Shown: positions 22,707 to 27,709 of the stretch, one piece after another | Layout: each line of letters opens with the position of its first letter | Numbering within the stretch: position 1 is the stretch's first letter | Source of the DNA: Octopus sinensis | Taxonomy: Eukaryota | DNA: 27,709 bases | NCBI RefSeq assembly: GCF_006345805.1 | Contig: NW_021833311.1 | Coordinates: 1-27,709 of the forward strand | Direction of reading: 5' to 3' | The notes under the pieces: model-generated | Told to the model about the DNA's origin: nothing | Database searches by the model: none | Seen by the model: only the letters and a program-made list of their open reading frames with translations | Translations under genes and position numbers: made by a program

Positions 22707-23824
22707 TTTAGCTTCATTGTGAAATGTTCCTAAGCAAAAGAAGTAGTTTTTCTCTGATTTGCTTCCTTAACATATACAAATGCTCAGAATAACTTGAGGG
22801 CGTGGAACGAATCTTATTTTACCAATTTGCTTTAATATATATTCATCACTGATTCATTTATAGCTGTGCTTTTTATATCGATAAAATGAAACAACCATGA
22901 TAAACGAGGGTGTATTAGGAATTTGAATCATATTTGATAAAGAATGACCGAGATTTTATTTCACACATTTTTGCTGGATATTTTAAAATACTATTGCTAC
23001 CGTAGTGATATGAATTTTTCGATACTTAATTCTATTGAAATGCTATGTTCAGCTGTAACGAGTAATTTTAAGAGAAATGCATATGTATAAACGAGTACGG
23101 CAAAGAATTCAATGATTTATTATAAAGCCAATTAGTCGGACATCTGTTACTTTATTTTGCAAATAGTCTTGCATCCATAGGATGTTGTGGAAGATAGTAG
23201 GATCTCATTGATATTCGCTAAGTTTGACATACAACTGTTGCTGTGATATTATTGAAACTTGAGTTAAAACTATATATATTTGAAGTTTCTGTGGAGCGTA
23301 AAATTTAGATCGCTTTTCAACAACTATGTCCGACTTTTGTTCATCCTAACGGAAGACAAGGCTTGCATAAATATTTTTAGGTTTCTCTAATCTTCTTTGC
23401 AATGCATCCGGTGTATTACAGTAAAATGTCAACTACTTACTTTTATTCCGTATTTGTATTGAAATATTTGGGAAGAAGAGAGATTTTTGCAACATAGAAA
23501 TTCGTTTCCGCTGTTCTGAACAAGTGTGTATCTGCGAAGTCATTAAAGGTTTTATGTCAATCATGCACAATGTGTATTTTAAGGTTAGTCATGCATAGAT
23601 AAGATGTTCCCTGTTTCGATTTCTTTATATTATCCACAAATTGATACATCGTAGTTCACAAAATGCTGTGAAGTAAATCGGTTTTCAACTACACATGAAC
23701 CACAAAAACTACAGTAAGAAACTAGAAACCTCATAGATCGTACAACAAAAGTTCTGAGTTCACATTCTGCTATGTAACTTCAATGAAGTATTTTAAAAGC
23801 AAAATGACCAACTCAGTATAAGTT

Positions 23825-24250
23825 TGGCTTCGATATTTAGCACAAGGCTTGAAATTTCATGCGAGGGGTAAGATGATTACATCGCCCCACCCCCCTCATT
23901 TGAACATTGGTTGTTAGGTTTTCGACATCAAAAGGATGAAGTGCAAAGAGTTTGAACTCAGAACGTAAAGAAGGACGAAATGCTTCACAGCATTTCGTCC
24001 GGCGTGCTAACAATTCTCTCAGCTCGCTGCCTTTCGGATCGATATAACATTGGCTTCAATTTCAAATTTTGGCACAACGCCAGCAATTTCAGAGAGGTGT
24101 GTGTGTGGTAGTAAGTCGATTGCATCGACCCAAGTCCTCAACTGGCACTTATTTTATCGATCTTGAAAGGATGAAAGGCGAAGTCGATCGCGGCGGAATT
24201 TGAACTCAGAACCTCATGGTGTACTAAAGATTCTGCCAGCTCGCCGCCTT
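23825..24250 (-). mobile_element. Two tandem diverged family A SINEs (alternative tail)
   Basis: Heads end CTCAGCTCGCTGCC (~24031) and GCCAGCTCGCCGCC (~24248); tails contain GCACAAGGC and GGCACAACGCC. Confidence 0.8.
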
Positions 24251-24289
24251 AAAAATTCCTTCAGGAGTCATATAGACTCGTAGCGTATA

Positions 24290-24476
24290 TATTTCCCAGT
24301 TGGACGGGACTTTGGTCCGTCGCAGGATTACTTATGTTTACCAGCAGAGTGAACTGGAGCAACGTGAAATGAAGTTTTTTGCTCAATAAAATAACGCATC
24401 GCCCGGTCCGCGTATCGAAACCACAATCTTAAAATCATGAGTCCGACACTCTAACCACTAAGCCACGCGCCTCCAT
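24290..24476 (-). mobile_element. Family C SINE
   Basis: Minus strand reads GGAGGCGCGTGGCTTAGTGGTTAGAGTG..GGTTTCGATAC..TTGAGCAAAAAACTTCATTTCACGTTGCTCCAGTTCACTC. Confidence 0.8.
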
Positions 24477-24507
24477 CCTGCCCGATATAATATTAGACTT
24501 TATTGAA

Positions 24508-24738
24508 GGCGTCGAGCTGGCAGAAACGTTAGCACGCCGGGCGAAATGCGTAGCCGTATTTCGTCTGTCGTTACGTTCCGAGTTCAAATTCCGCCGAGGT
24601 CGACTTTGCCTTTCATCCTTTCGGGGTCGATAAATTAAGTACCATTTACGCACTGGTATCGATATAATCGACGTAATCCCTTTGTCTGTCCTTGTTTGTC
24701 CCCTCTGTGTTTAGCCACTCGTGGGTAGTAAAAGAAAT
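24508..24738 (+). mobile_element. Full-length monomeric family A SINE (long tail)
   Basis: GGCGTCGAGCTGGCAGAAACGTTAGC head, GAGTTCAAATTCC B-box, GCCTTTCATCCTTTCGGGGTCGATAAA central module, tail GTGGGTAGTAAAAGAAAT. Confidence 0.9.
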
Positions 24739-25649
24739 TAAATAAGTACCTGTTGAGTTGAGTACTCTAGTCAATGTAACCGACTACTTCAGAATGTGGA
24801 AAAGGTATCAATATTTTAAACCGGTACTTTATATTTGTGAAGATTGCTAATGTCCGTGATTGAATTATCATTAGTTGTGTTCATGGTAACTCTTGTAAGA
24901 AGCAAACCAATTCAATAAATATTTTCCCGGCGCAGTATACCCAGCGAGCTTGTTAGTTGATGTACTAGTTAAGAAATTTAAGGAACTACTTGTTCTGGTT
25001 ACGGAAGGAAAGCCGTGTGGGCGACAAGAAGCGCTCTGCCAAACGCTTGTTTGACTGTCTGATTCTATTTTGGCGCAGCCATCTACGCTCACAGGCAGCA
25101 ATTGATCGAATTATTGGAGAAGAAATTGACTGAACGGATGTCGCGGTCCGTTAAATATGAGAACAACTAGCGTTAAGAGAACAAAACGAGACAACTTATT
25201 TTACAATGCTAACAAGCACACCGAATATACCAATGCAATCAGATGCGAATATATAATAGCTTTTCGATAACATTGATTATTGTTGTTTCCTAAAATTATT
25301 ATTTGCATGAGAAAAAAATAAAAAAGCTATATTCAATTTAAAGCATATATAACAGTTACATCATTAGTGCGAAAGATTTTTTTCATTTCCTTTTCTACTT
25401 TTTTGGGGTTGTTTTTTTTCGCAGAGTAAAGTAAGAAATAATTCGAAAATAGTGTCGTAGTTGAAATAAAAGGAAGAACATAAATAAAAAGGTTAAAGTA
25501 TTGATTTACTCCAAAATAAACAAGCAGCAACGCTGTAATGACCTTATTGTGGGAGAAGAATTGGTTTAGCAACGTTTCCAACAATCCACCAAGTGCCAGA
25601 TGGAAGGACCAAACCGGAATAGTGAAATAGACTTTATATTTTTTTCCTC

Positions 25650-25918
25650 GATTTTTACTTGTTTCAGTCACTGGACTGCGGCCATGCAAGGGCACCACCC
25701 TTTAAAGGTTTAACAGAAGTGACTCACGTATTTATGTTGTTGTTGTTGTTTTTTTTCTGTTTTCTGTCATTAAGTCTGTTATTTATTTAATCGGAATTAT
25801 TTTGTCAAACCGGTAATTTGCGAGGGATGTAAACCAGCCAGCACCGGTTGTTAGTTATGATGGGGGAACAAACAAAACACAAACGCACACACACACTCAC
25901 AGCATACACACACAACAC

Positions 25919-25962
<44 letters not shown>

Positions 25963-26090
25963 CTGGATTTGTTCACAATTTTCGTTTACCAAATTCACTC
26001 AAGACCTTGATTGACCTGGGCTATAACAGAAGAGACGGTGGAACCGAAACCCAAACCAAAAAAAGCGAGCTTGCTAACCATACAGGCCTG
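25650..26090 (-). mobile_element. Diverged near-full family B SINE
   Basis: Tail TTTTACTTGTTTCAGTCA.TGGACTGCGGCCATGC, (CA)n linker, head remnants to ~26090. Confidence 0.7.
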
Positions 26091-26407
26091 CATTGATTTA
26101 AATAATGTAAAACCCATTTCAATAACCGATTGCTTTTATTAGTTTATTTTTACTATATAGAAAAAACCAAATACTTTAGAAGCGTAATGGGAAGTAGTGG
26201 TATTCATGCCGTTCTAAGGTTTCAATCAAGAGTAGTTTTCGCATTACAGAACAGATTCATTCCCTGGAGACAAATTACTTCTATTTGACGTTCACTTTGA
26301 AATGTCAACCTTGTTAGCACCACTTCTAGCTCAATAATGCATAACATCATTGCACTACACTAACATTGCACATCACCGTTAAATAGACCTACGTTAAGCA
26401 TCTTGTA

Positions 26408-26555
26408 CTACGCCAAGGGCCTCGTTAGTATATTAGACTCCCGATCGAAAGGTCACGCTTTCGAATCCTACTGCGAGTGATGTGTTGCGATCTTGAACAA
26501 AGTACTTGATTACGTGTTGTCCCATTTCCACTCAACTGAAAAAAAGTAGCTGCGT
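26408..26555 (+). mobile_element. Diverged family C SINE
   Basis: TTCGAATCC B-box and GTGTTGCGATCTTGAACAAAGTACTT, similar to 1229-1320. Confidence 0.5.
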
Positions 26556-26654
26556 TAATTATACGACAGACTGACGTCAGGTATGGCGACTTAATAATCG
26601 ATTGTCGTTCATTTATACGACAAGGAAACTTCCATAAGCTTTGATCTAGTGATA

Positions 26655-26840
26655 CAGTTCTATATTTAAGAGATGAGGAATTATGTACATTATTTACATT
26701 ATTTACATTCGACGGATATTTGTCCTCATCTTGTTTGTCGTTAACAAAAAGTTTCGGCTGATATACTGTCCAGCTTACATCAGGTGCCTTGGAGAAATTT
26801 CGAACCTGGGTTCTCATTCCTAAGGTATTCTTCGATGTTT
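26655..26840 (-). mobile_element. Headless copy of the tRNA-hammerhead element, including its 3' tail
   Basis: 26743-26839 is the reverse complement of 27081-27177. The hammerhead is decayed (CTGATGT..CAGCCGAAACTTT). Confidence 0.8.
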
Positions 26841-26871
26841 CAGCCCTTGTGGCCAATAAAAAGAATGAATG

Positions 26872-26911
<40 letters not shown>

Positions 26912-26947
26912 GTGTTCAGCCCTAAAATTCACTCCATAATTGCCCAC

Positions 26948-27177
26948 GGGCATATGGCGTAGTGATTAAGAGCGCTGGCTACTAACCCCAAGATTCCGAG
27001 TTAGATTCCAAGCAGTGACCTGAACGACAACAACAACAACACAACAGCAACAACAACAGCAACAACAACAACAACAAACAAACATCGAAAAATACTTTAG
27101 GAATGAGAATCCAGGTTCGAAATTTCCCCAAGACACCTGAAGAAGGCTGGAGGGTATATCAGCCGAAACGTTGTGTT
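26948..27177 (+). mobile_element. tRNA-headed SINE-like element carrying a hammerhead ribozyme
   Basis: A-box-like TGGCGTAGTGA (26955-26965), B-box-like GTTAGATTCC (27000-27009), (AAC)n linker, 55-nt spacer, hammerhead. Confidence 0.75.
27132..27177 (+). ncRNA. Minimal type-I hammerhead ribozyme with intact core
   Basis: Stem I GACAC/GTGTT; CTGAAGA+A; stem II GGCTG-N10-CAGCC; GAAA; palindromic AACGTT; GUU cleavage triplet ending at 27172. Confidence 0.8.
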
Positions 27178-27609
27178 TGATCTAGAGAGTTTGTAGTCTC
27201 GTAAGACACTAATTTATATATAGCTAGTGGGACACGCGAATATTTAACAGAATTAATAGTAAACCTTTCGGGTTGTTTCTGAAAACTTTACCCAAAAGAT
27301 TTGAAAGCGTAGCCTGTGTTGTGTCTGTATCAAAAGATAGTCGCTCGTCTGCAATAATTGAAAAGTGAAGGAAATTGGAATTCGATGATTACTTAAAGCG
27401 CTTTATATATACACTTTATGTAATTTATGCACAATCTTATAGACTTAATACTCATAAATTAATACTCATAATATTCATAAAATAAATATTCATTTTTATT
27501 TTTCCATTTTCCCCATAGACATTTTAAAATTTACGTGGTCCCAATTTCAGATCTAGAAAACAAAAATTATTTGTAAAAAAACTTTTATATTTCTACCTCT
27601 CCTCTATAT

Positions 27610-27709
27610 CTCTTACTCTTTACTCTTTTACTTGTTTCAGTATTTTGACTGCGGCCATGCTGGAGCAACCGCGTTTAGTCGAGCAAATCGACCCGGGACT
27701 TATCTTTGT
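27610..27709 (-). mobile_element. Family B tail running off the window end
   Basis: TCTTTACTCTTTTACTTGTTTCAG..GACTGCGGCCATGCTGGAGC..TTTAGTCGAGCAAATCGACCC. Confidence 0.88.

Noticed and set aside
22740-23800. Long unique AT-rich stretch (also 1380-2090 and 24880-25250) as possible exons or decayed transposon ORFs
   Set aside because: The frames I spot-translated gave frequent stops and no recognisable motifs. Small exons cannot be excluded without BLASTX or RNA-seq.
9712-24653. Recurrent similar ORFs (RNWYLIYRPRKDERQSRPRRNLNSER; 9712, 10348, 16477, 24435)
   Set aside because: These are translations of non-coding SINE-A copies, not a gene family.
26425-26856. 143-aa minus-strand ORF
   Set aside because: It runs across two unrelated repeats (hammerhead element and family C SINE), so it is a chance open frame.

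Overview
AT-rich eukaryotic (animal) non-coding DNA, intron- or intergenic-like, with no supportable protein-coding gene. Nearly all ORFs in the track are microsatellite or SINE read-throughs. The dense (TA)n, (CA)n, (ATT)n and (TACC)n tracts and the tRNA-derived SINEs resemble octopus/cephalopod genomic DNA (inference from repeat content, not confirmed). Contents: three tRNA-headed SINE-like families (labelled A, B and C here; labels are mine), a decayed DD37D (maT-type) Tc1/mariner transposase fragment, and several local tandem duplications. Two signals stand out. (1) At least three distinct short non-coding elements carry minimal type-I hammerhead-ribozyme motifs of the kind found in Penelope-like elements: two ~190-215 nt elements sit inside (TA)n tracts, and one has a Pol III tRNA-like head fused to a hammerhead. 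(2) SINE-A forms head-to-tail multimers with the same nucleotide-exact junction at five places, suggesting self-targeted insertion or a circular/rolling intermediate.
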